Shown in pieces: positions 9,945 through 16,763 of a DNA stretch of 32,000 nt (positions within the stretch are counted from its first letter, which is position 1; each line of letters begins with the position of its first letter). Both the position numbers and the translations under genes were made by a program. Source of the stretch: Erysipelotrichaceae bacterium. Lineage in GTDB: Bacteria; Bacillota_I; Bacilli_A; Erysipelotrichales; Coprobacillaceae. The notes beneath the pieces are model-generated. The model made no database searches. It was not told the origin of the DNA and saw only the letters and a program-made list of their open reading frames with translations. The stretch spans positions 69,441-101,440 of the forward strand of contig JAQVDW010000005.1 in the NCBI GenBank assembly GCA_028698185.1. Reading direction: 5' to 3'.

Positions 9945-9946
9945 AC

Positions 9947-9975
9947 TTAACATTGATAACTTCCCGGTGTATACT
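9947..9975 (+). promoter_or_regulatory. candidate sigma-A promoter of the precursor/rSAM operon
   Basis: TTAACA (9947-9952), 17-nt spacer ending in TG (extended -10), TATACT (9970-9975). It starts just 3' of the right motif arm. Confidence 0.5.
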
Positions 9976-10019
9976 TTTAGCGGATTGGAAAATCCAAATC
10001 AAGAAAAAGGAGAAATATC

Positions 10020-10238
10020 ATGACAACATTCCAAAAAAAATTAAGTGCCCAAGCTTTCTTTAGAGCGGCGGCAACTGAGGCTTCATCATCTTGTGGCAGC
10101 GCCTGTGGTGCTGGCGATAAGGAAGTCAAAGAAGAAACTCCAAGTGCTTGTGGCAGTGCCTGTGGTGCTGGCGACAAGGAAGTCAAAGAAGAAACTCCAA
10201 GCGCTTGTGGCAGCGCTTGTGGTGCCGGGGACAAATAA
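10020..10238 (+). CDS. candidate RiPP precursor: 24-aa leader plus three tandem Cys-rich units (CGSACGAGDK) with EVKEETPSA linkers
   Basis: AAGGAG at 10007-10012 lies 7 nt before the ATG. 72 aa: MTTFQKKLSAQAFFRAAATEASSS-[CGSACGAGDK-EVKEETPSA]x2-CGSACGAGDK-stop. Same strand as the radical SAM/SPASM gene and 107 nt upstream of it. Confidence 0.75.
   Translation: MTTFQKKLSAQAFFRAAATEASSSCGSACGAGDKEVKEETPSACGSACGAGDKEVKEETPSACGSACGAGDK
10092..10235 (+). repeat. in-frame 57-bp tandem repeat, 2.5 copies
   Basis: Units start at 10092, 10149 and 10206. Units 1 and 2 differ at 3 of 57 nt. All 7 variable sites across the three units are third codon positions. Confidence 0.95.
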
Positions 10239-10263
10239 TTCTTAGAGTTTTTTCATCCGTTCT

Positions 10264-10290
10264 AGCTGACAGTCTTGTCAGCTTCTTTTA
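10264..10290 (+). terminator. intra-operon hairpin (leaky terminator/attenuator) between precursor and maturase genes
   Basis: AGCTGACA (10264-10271), loop GTCT, TGTCAGCT (10276-10283), then TCTTTTA. Confidence 0.55.
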
Positions 10291-10345
10291 GAAATCACGC
10301 AAGAGCGTTGAGATAGATCATCAATAACGAAAGAGGATAATAATC

Positions 10346-11371
10346 ATGGAATATTTCGCATTTCAATTTCATATAACCGACCAGTGTGACCAGCGGTGCG
10401 AGCACTGCTACATCTTTGCCGAGGACAACAACATCTGCTTGAAAGAGATGGAATTGGAGGATGTTGAAAAAGTCATCACCAATTGTGTCGACATGTGTAC
10501 GAGAATGGAACGACTGCCTTATTTTTACATTACCGGAGGCGATCCGATCCTCCATCAGAATTTCTGGGATATCGCAAAACTGCTCAAAGAGCGCAACATC
10601 CCTTTTGGCATCCTGGGCAATCCGTTCCATCTCAACGATGAAACATGTGCCCGGTTGGCCCAACATGGCTGCAAGAAATACCAGCTTTCGATCGATGGGA
10701 TGGAAAAAACCCATGACTTCATCCGCAAGCCTGGTTCGTTTGCGACCACCCTTGCCAAGATTCCGGTTCTCAAAAAAGCCGGTATCGATGTGGCCATCAT
10801 GACGACAGTTTCTGGAACAAATATAGATGAGATGGAAGACATTGTCGACCTGGTTGTCGAACACGAAGCGGACATTTTCGCTTTTGCCCGCTACTGCCCG
10901 ACCAGCTTTGAAAAGGAAACCCACATTGAACCATTGGAATATCGGAATTTGCTTGACCGGTTGTGGCAAAAGTTCGAAACGTACCAGGATGGGCCCACTA
11001 CCTTCAACCTCAAGGACCATCTATGGAATCTCTACCTTTATGAAAAGGGCCTGTATCAGATTCACGAAGGATTGGAACAAGACAAAATCCATGACGGATG
11101 CAACTGCGCCAACTGTCATATGACGATTTTGCCTGACGGTGCTGTCTATGCCTGCCGCCGGATGGAAAGCAATATCGGCAATGTATTGAGCCAGAGCATC
11201 TATGATCTTTATCATGGCAAGGAAATGGAAGCATACCGCCAATATGACAAGTTTGAAAAATGCGCCAAATGCGAGCTGCTCAACTTCTGCCGCGGGTGTC
11301 CGGCGGTGGCCTATGGCTATACCCACGACATGTACGCGCCCGACCCGCAGTGCTGGAAAGAAATCGATTAG
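10346..11371 (+). CDS. radical SAM/SPASM-domain enzyme (putative peptide maturase)
   Basis: CDQRCEHC gives CX3CX2C at residues 14-21. The C-terminus has CNCANCHMTILPDGAVYAC ... CAKCELLNFCRGC ... DPQCW, a SPASM-type auxiliary-cluster Cys pattern. AAGAGGA RBS. There is no N-terminal extension that could hold an RRE. Confidence 0.9.
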   Translation: MEYFAFQFHITDQCDQRCEHCYIFAEDNNICLKEMELEDVEKVITNCVDMCTRMERLPYFYITGGDPILHQNFWDIAKLLKERNIPFGILGNPFHLNDETCARLAQHGCKKYQLSIDGMEKTHDFIRKPGSFATTLAKIPVLKKAGIDVAIMTTVSGTNIDEMEDIVDLVVEHEADIFAFARYCPTSFEKETHIEPLEYRNLLDRLWQKFETYQDGPTTFNLKDHLWNLYLYEKGLYQIHEGLEQDKIHDGCNCANCHMTILPDGAVYACRRMESNIGNVLSQSIYDLYHGKEMEAYRQYDKFEKCAKCELLNFCRGCPAVAYGYTHDMYAPDPQCWKEID

Positions 11372-11384
11372 TGAGGAGGATATC

Positions 11385-11978
11385 ATGGAACAAACCAATG
11401 AAGTAATTGAATGTTTGCAAAAGCGCCGGACCTACCGCCAGTTCCAGGACCGGTCAATTGAAAGGGAGAAACTCGACCTGATTGTCAATGCCGGTCTGGT
11501 CGCCCCCAATGCCGGAGGCCGCCAGGGCCCGGTATTCATCGTTTGCCAGGATAAGACAGTCAATACATTGTTGGGAGAAGCCAGACGGCAGGCCAGTTCC
11601 ATTCCAACCGGACGTCACGTTTCTAAGGAACAGCCCAGTGTGATCGACAATCCAAACATCAAAAACAGTTTCTATGGGGCTCCGGTGGTTGTCACCATCG
11701 CCGCACCGAAAAATTTCATTTTCAGTCAAAGTGATGCGGCTATGGCAGCCCAAAATATGATTATCGCGGCCACCTCCCTGGAAATTGCATCTTGTTTTAT
11801 CGGTAGGGCGGAAACGACTTTCAATACCGGAATCGGCGTAGTTATCTGGAATGATTGGAATATCGCAGAAAATCTCAAACCGTTCTGTCATATCCTGCTT
11901 GGCTACCCGGCGGGAATTCCGCCCAAACCTAAACAAATCAAGGAAAACCGGGTTTTCTTCGTCAACCAGGACCAATAA
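11385..11978 (+). CDS. nitroreductase-family flavoprotein
   Basis: Start ATG 11385 after GAGGAGGA, 13 nt after the rSAM stop. The N-terminus RRTYRQFQDRSIEREKLDLIVNAGLVAPNAGGRQ is the typical nitroreductase signature. The ORF-track start at 11202 lies inside the rSAM gene. Confidence 0.85.
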   Translation: MEQTNEVIECLQKRRTYRQFQDRSIEREKLDLIVNAGLVAPNAGGRQGPVFIVCQDKTVNTLLGEARRQASSIPTGRHVSKEQPSVIDNPNIKNSFYGAPVVVTIAAPKNFIFSQSDAAMAAQNMIIAATSLEIASCFIGRAETTFNTGIGVVIWNDWNIAENLKPFCHILLGYPAGIPPKPKQIKENRVFFVNQDQ

Positions 11979-12927
11979 TGCATGATATCTGGAATCCCTG
12001 GCATGGCTGTGTGAAAATCAGCGAAGGCTGTGCCAACTGCTACATGTATTTTCTCGACAAGAAAAACGGAAAAGATGGGGCAGTGATCTATCGTTCCAAA
12101 AACAACTTTGATTACCCTTTGAAAAGGACCGCCAGGGCGAATACAAAATCAAAAGTGGCGAAATAATCCGGGTCGCGATGACTTCGGACTTCTTCCTCGA
12201 ACAAGCCGACCAGTGGCGTGATGAGGCCTGGAAAATCATGGAAGCCCGTAGCGATGTCATCTTTTTCCTGTTGACCAAACGGGCCCAACGGATCAATGAG
12301 TGCCTGCCCGAAAGTTTCCAAAACGGCCGATGGGATATGGCGAATATCTTCATCAATGTCTCGTGCGAGAATCAGCGCCTGGCCGATTTGCGGATCCCCT
12401 ATCTTTTGAAAGTCCCGATAAAGCACAAGGGGATCATGGCGGCGCCTTTTATCGGGCCAATCAACATCGAAAAGTATCTGGCAACCGGAATGATTGAACA
12501 GGTGATTTGCGGTGGGGAGAATTATGGCGGGGCGAGGATGTGCGACTTTGACTGGGTCAGGGATCTGGGGGGCCAATGCCGGGACCATCAAGTCAAGTTC
12601 GCTTTCATCGAAACCGGGTCTATTTTTTGCAAGGATGGCCAGCGTTACAAGATTGCCCCAAAAGCCATGCAAAGCCGTCTGGCCTACAAATCGAAAGCCA
12701 GTCTTGAAGGCAAGAAGATAACTTTCGATCTGCATGATGTCAATAAAAATCCGATTCCCAAAGACAAGTTGCATGTGCCCCATTACCGGGAAACTTGCCG
12801 CTATTGTGGCAGCAGATCCATCTGCAATGGTTGCAGTGACTGTGGCCGATGTAATGGCGAAATAATCACTCAGGAACAAATGAAAATCCATGACCAGGAA
12901 TATTTCAAAAAAGGAGCTAAAAAATGA
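11978..12927 (+). pseudogene. DUF5131 (phage Gp37/Gp68 family) three-Cys protein with a Cys-rich C-terminal tail; reading frame broken by a -1 shift
   Basis: WNPWHGCVKISEGCANCY (C-x6-C-x2-C) is in frame 2 (11978-12166). The family continuation ...GEYKIKSGEIIRVAMTSDFF...LLTKR...GGENYGGARM...FAFIETG is in frame 1, open from 12112. One extra A in the A4 run 12122-12125 would fuse the frames as DYPLKKDRQGEY. The start overlaps the nitroreductase stop (TAATG) and the stop overlaps the next ATG (ATGA). Confidence 0.7.
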
Positions 12928-13895
12928 AAGCAGTATTGTTGGAGAAACCGATCAAAGCCAATGAAATGAAAATTGTCGAAGTGCCAAAGCTTAAAATCAG
13001 ACCAGGATGGGTTTTGATCAAAGTCAAAGGTTTCGGGTTGAACCGGGCCGAATTGATTTTGCGCAATCATGAAATCGCAGCGGATTACATCCAGAAGCCG
13101 GTTGTTCCGGGTATCGAGTGTGTCGGGGAAATTCATGATGGAGGCGACAGCCGTTTCAACAAGGGCGATAAAGTAGTCGCCTTGATGGGCGGAATGGGCC
13201 GGAGTTTTAACGGCAGCTACAGTGAGTATGCCTTGTTGCCGGCCCACCATGTGTTCAAGGTGGAAACCGCAATGGATTGGGTCGAATTGGCTGCGATTCC
13301 CGAAACGTTTTACACGGCCTACGGTTCGCTGTTCGAATCGCTCCAGCTCAAAGGAGATGATATCCTGCTTGTCCATGGGGCGACCTCGGCGCTTGGTTTG
13401 GCAGCCATCCAGCTGGCCAAAACAGTGGGAGCTACGGTTATTGGCACCTCACGCAAGGAAGAACGCCTGGACTTGTTGCGGGAGGTTGGTTGTGACCATG
13501 CCCTTGTGGATGATGAAAACCTGGTTGCCAAGATCAAGGATATATATTCAAAGGGCATCACGAAAATTTTGGAATTGGTCGGAGCCCATACGATCGCCAA
13601 AACAGCCCAACTGCTTAGAATTGGGGGAATTGTCTGTGTCACTGGCAAACTGGGCGGGGGCCAGACTAACGGCTTGGATCTGATCCGCCTGCTGCCAAAT
13701 GGCACCTATCTTTGTGGTTTCTACAGCAATTATCCGACCCAGGCGGTGATTGATGATATCTTCAGGATCATCGAACAACACAACATCAAGCCGGTAATTG
13801 GCCGGGTCTTCGACTTTGAGCAGATCGGTGAAGCCCATGAGGTGATGGAAAACAACCAGGCCCAAGGGAAAATTGTCATCAGAATGAGTGAGTGA
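12924..13895 (+). CDS. MDR-superfamily zinc-type alcohol dehydrogenase / NADPH:quinone oxidoreductase-like protein
   Basis: The N-terminal GroES-like part (VKGFGLNRAELILR, PGIECVGEI) and the Rossmann GxxxxxG region (VHGATSALGLAAIQLAK), ending in NQAQGKIVI, are typical of the QOR/zeta-crystallin subgroup. AAGGAG RBS. Confidence 0.85.
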   Translation: MKAVLLEKPIKANEMKIVEVPKLKIRPGWVLIKVKGFGLNRAELILRNHEIAADYIQKPVVPGIECVGEIHDGGDSRFNKGDKVVALMGGMGRSFNGSYSEYALLPAHHVFKVETAMDWVELAAIPETFYTAYGSLFESLQLKGDDILLVHGATSALGLAAIQLAKTVGATVIGTSRKEERLDLLREVGCDHALVDDENLVAKIKDIYSKGITKILELVGAHTIAKTAQLLRIGGIVCVTGKLGGGQTNGLDLIRLLPNGTYLCGFYSNYPTQAVIDDIFRIIEQHNIKPVIGRVFDFEQIGEAHEVMENNQAQGKIVIRMSE

Positions 13896-13911
13896 GACAC
13901 GCAATTAAACC

Positions 13912-13975
13912 AAAAAAACCTCGCATCGACTGATCCCTGAACTGCTCAGGAGATCACAATCTTGGCGAGGTTTTT
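13912..13975. terminator. possible bidirectional terminator between convergent QOR and HxlR genes
   Basis: An A7 tract, then CCTCGC ... GCGAGG, then T5. Inner stem GATCCCTGA (13933-13941) / TCAGGAGATC (13946-13955) has one bulge. The outer loop is long, so the structure is non-canonical. Confidence 0.45.
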
Positions 13976-14006
13976 AAGTTGGCAGATTCCATAGATGAGT
14001 CTGTGG

Positions 14007-14333
14007 CTATCCGACGAAGTCCTTGTACTGGTTGCCCCATTCTTCCATCGATTTGAACAAGGGTCTAAGACTGTTGCCCATGTCGGTGAGCGAATACTCC
14101 ACTTTCGGGGGCACGACCGGGTAGGCCTTGCGGTCGACAATGCCATCGGCTTCCAATTGGCGCAGGTTGTCGGTGAGCACCTTCTGGGAAATTCCTGGCA
14201 GGCTGTTTTTCAGCTCGCCAAAACGGCAGGTCGAAACCAGAAGATTCCGGATGATCAATAATTTCCATTTGTTGCCGATGATCTCAACCATGGTGGCCAC
14301 CGGGCAAGCAGGCAGTTCGTCTTTGGTAAGCAT
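14007..14333 (-). CDS. HxlR/YodB-type (DUF24) winged-helix transcriptional regulator
   Basis: CPVATMVEIIGNKWKLLIIRNL, FGELK, GISQKVLTDNLRQLEADGIV and PPKVEYSLTDMG form the classical HxlR signature, including the conserved N-terminal Cys (C10). AAGGAG RBS. Confidence 0.9.
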   Translation of the reverse strand: MLTKDELPACPVATMVEIIGNKWKLLIIRNLLVSTCRFGELKNSLPGISQKVLTDNLRQLEADGIVDRKAYPVVPPKVEYSLTDMGNSLRPLFKSMEEWGNQYKDFVG

Positions 14334-14583
14334 AATTTTCTCCTTAGTATCTGATATGGTGTAAGTATAAAATATAATGTATGGATTGTCAATATGGTCC
14401 CGCTGATTAACCTATCTCGTTGGCCATAGTCACTTTCAGGTAACTAGATAATAAAAAAGTGCGTACTTTTGCGAATGAATTATTTTTGGTAAGATGAATT
14501 TGGCTCAAGGAGGGCCGATGAAAATCTAATATTATAATCAGATTCAAGATGGGGATCAATCGGTTATGGAAGGAGTTGTAATC

Positions 14584-15504
14584 ATGGAATTTTACAGCAA
14601 TTATTGTCAGAAAAAAAATAAAAGTCAAAATTATCCGAGTTTGGAACAGAGAGTCAAAACTGTTCGGGAATTGCTTGAAGAGGCCGAGTATGTTGTCATC
14701 GGGGCCGGTTCGGGTTTGTCGTCGGCGGCCGGTCTTGACTTTGGCGGCGAGCGGTTTGAAAAATATATGGGCGAATTCGGATCAAGGTATGGCTATCATG
14801 ACATGTATAGCGGTGATTTTTACAACTACCAGACGCGTGAGGAATTCTGGGCGTTCGAGGCCAAGACAATCCTGGTTAACCGCTATGAGGTGCCCGGTTT
14901 GAAACTGTATCACAAGTTGTTTGACTTGATCAAGGATAAAAACCATTTCGTGATCACAACCAATGTCGAAAGCCAGTTTGCCAAATCGGGATTCGATTCC
15001 AATCGCATCTTCGCGACCCAGGGTGATTACAGCAAGCTTCAATGTGGTGGCGCCTGCCACGACACCCTGTATGACAATGAAAAGTTGGTCAAAGAAATGG
15101 TTGCCAAGACAAGAGACTGTGCCATCCCGACTGAACTGATTCCCAAATGTCCGATATGCCATAGGGAAATGAAGGTCAACTTGCGCAGCGATGGCTACTT
15201 TGTCGAAGACAAATCATGGCATGAGGCCTGCAGCCGCTATGAATCATTCATCAGCTCCATCAATAAGGCACCGGTGGTTTATCTGGAATTCGGGGTCGGC
15301 TACAATACGCCGGGCATCATCCGCTATCCCTTCGAACGCTTCACATACGCCAACCCCAACGCCCATCTAATCCGCTTCAACCGGGACTATCCCGAAGGAA
15401 TCACTGAAAACAAAGACAAGACGATCGGTTTCACCGAGGATATGAATATGGTCCTCGCCATGTTATTCGAACCGACAAAAGGAGAACAGGAAAATGAGCT
15501 TTAA
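14584..15504 (+). CDS. SIR2-family protein, class M-like sirtuin (SirTM-type, putative protein ADP-ribosyltransferase)
   Basis: I prefer ATG 14584, 8 nt after GGAAGGAG. GAGSGLSSAAGLDF NAD-binding loop. TTNVESQF replaces QNID. ATQGDYSKLQCGGAC has Gln where canonical sirtuins have the catalytic His (HG). Zn-ribbon Cys pairs CGGAC and CPIC. GVGYNTP replaces GTS. Confidence 0.75.
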   Translation: MEFYSNYCQKKNKSQNYPSLEQRVKTVRELLEEAEYVVIGAGSGLSSAAGLDFGGERFEKYMGEFGSRYGYHDMYSGDFYNYQTREEFWAFEAKTILVNRYEVPGLKLYHKLFDLIKDKNHFVITTNVESQFAKSGFDSNRIFATQGDYSKLQCGGACHDTLYDNEKLVKEMVAKTRDCAIPTELIPKCPICHREMKVNLRSDGYFVEDKSWHEACSRYESFISSINKAPVVYLEFGVGYNTPGIIRYPFERFTYANPNAHLIRFNRDYPEGITENKDKTIGFTEDMNMVLAMLFEPTKGEQENEL

Positions 15505-16033
15505 AGAAATAGGAATTGAAGAATTGGAAATAAACCCGATGACAATGATCGGAGGCGACTGGTGGTTGATCAGTGCTGGTAATGAACAAAATGGTTACAA
15601 TGCGATGACGGCCTCATGGGGGCATCTAGGCGCAATCTGGGAAAGACCTGAAGGCAAAGCCCACATGGGATTGCCGACTGCCTGTGTCTATTTGCGCCCG
15701 CAACGCTATACCAAGGAATATCTTGAGCGCGAGGACATTTTCACACTGAGTGTGTTCGAAAGCAATCACAAAAGGGCCCTAGGCTACCTTGGCAGCCACA
15801 GCGGCCGCAATGAAGATAAAATCGCCAATGCCAACCTGACACCAGTATTCGATCAGGGCACAATCTACTATGAACAGGCTAAAATGGTCTTTGTCTGCAA
15901 GAAGATCTACAATGCCCCATTGCAAGAAAGCGGCTTTGTCGATACCAGCCTGGTTGAAAACAACTACCCGAAAAAAGATTTCCACGAAATGTATATCGGA
16001 GAAATTGTCAAAGTCCTGGTCAAGAATGACTGA
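15494..16033 (+). CDS. flavin reductase-like (FMN-binding split-barrel) protein
   Basis: AAGGAG RBS, 11-nt overlap with the sirtuin gene. NAMTASWGHLG is the characteristic N.MT.SW motif of the flavin-reductase-domain family. Confidence 0.75.
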   Translation: MSFKEIGIEELEINPMTMIGGDWWLISAGNEQNGYNAMTASWGHLGAIWERPEGKAHMGLPTACVYLRPQRYTKEYLEREDIFTLSVFESNHKRALGYLGSHSGRNEDKIANANLTPVFDQGTIYYEQAKMVFVCKKIYNAPLQESGFVDTSLVENNYPKKDFHEMYIGEIVKVLVKND

Positions 16034-16763
16034 TGATTTGGATAACTTGACTCAAGAGCTCAACGATTTCGTCCAGGAAAAAGGGATCGATATTTTCGGG
16101 ATCGGGGATGTCGACTATCTCAACCAGATGGCCCGACCCGGCCGCCGGCTAGAAGATCTGTTTCCCGGTGGCCAGGCGGTGTTGATCTTTGGCTGTGGCA
16201 TAGACCATTCCCTGGCGCGGGCTTGGGTCAAATCCGGAAGAGGAAAATATCTGACTCTGACGATGACTGCCTTGGAAAACCGTAAGTGGCTGATCAAGGA
16301 TTTTCTTGCTAGAAAAGGCTACCGCACATTCGGGGGTGAATTTCACGGCGGAGGAATTTGGGAAACCGGAATCCGTCTGGGAGAAGCCGGAGCCAGTGCC
16401 GGTCTGGGCTACATTGGCAAAAACAATATGCTTATCACTCCCAAATACGGACCCCGGGTCAACCTGGCGTACCTGGTCACCGATGCCCCGCTGCAAACGA
16501 CAGTGGTCACTCCCAAAAATGAATGTGGCACCTGTGCGATCTGCGAAAAATATTGCACCAGCAAGGCGATTTTAGGTGATGGTTATTTCCATGGCCGGGC
16601 CTGCGAGAGTGTCATCAACTGCATGGCAAACAAGATCCACCTGACCAGTCAGGTCACGATGGATTGCGATATGTGTCAAAGGATGTGTCCCCAAGGGGAA
16701 ATCAAATATTCAAAAATAGAACGTCAGGGTACCTGGTGGGACAAATTGGAGCAATATCAATGA
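16026..16763 (+). CDS. QueG/reductive-dehalogenase-like 4Fe-4S protein (short form)
   Basis: GLGYIGKNNMLITPKYGPRVNLAYLVTDAPL resembles the epoxyqueuosine reductase core. CGTCAICEKYC and CDMCQRMCP are ferredoxin-type Cys motifs. Start ATG 16026 overlaps the upstream stop by 8 nt. The SD is weak. Confidence 0.7.
   Translation: MTDDLDNLTQELNDFVQEKGIDIFGIGDVDYLNQMARPGRRLEDLFPGGQAVLIFGCGIDHSLARAWVKSGRGKYLTLTMTALENRKWLIKDFLARKGYRTFGGEFHGGGIWETGIRLGEAGASAGLGYIGKNNMLITPKYGPRVNLAYLVTDAPLQTTVVTPKNECGTCAICEKYCTSKAILGDGYFHGRACESVINCMANKIHLTSQVTMDCDMCQRMCPQGEIKYSKIERQGTWWDKLEQYQ

Noticed and set aside
9977-10234. Antisense 85-aa ORF with repeated SPAPQALPQALGVSSLTSL units
   Set aside because: It is a shadow of the 57-bp repeat. 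It starts at a TTG without an SD, runs through the promoter/RBS region of the plus-strand peptide gene and points away from the rSAM gene. Its wobble positions coincide with the plus frame, which explains why its units are also identical.
10092-10235. Tandem repeat considered as a CRISPR-like or minisatellite element
   Set aside because: The units are directly adjacent with no spacers, the period is a multiple of 3, and they lie in-frame within an ORF that has an SD. No cas genes are present.
10295-11020. 241-aa minus-strand ORF opposite the rSAM gene
   Set aside because: The plus strand carries the unmistakable CX3CX2C and SPASM motifs and an RBS. The antisense product is low-complexity with no motif.
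12112-12891. 259-aa minus-strand ORF opposite DUF5131
   Set aside because: It is antisense to family-typical DUF5131 blocks on the plus strand, has no RBS and has an atypical composition.
14507-14529. Strong orphan SD (AAGGAGGG) followed by the mini-ORF ATG-AAA-ATC-TAA upstream of the sirtuin gene
   Set aside because: The SD-to-ATG spacing is only 3 nt and the ORF has 3 codons. A leader-peptide role cannot be supported from sequence alone.
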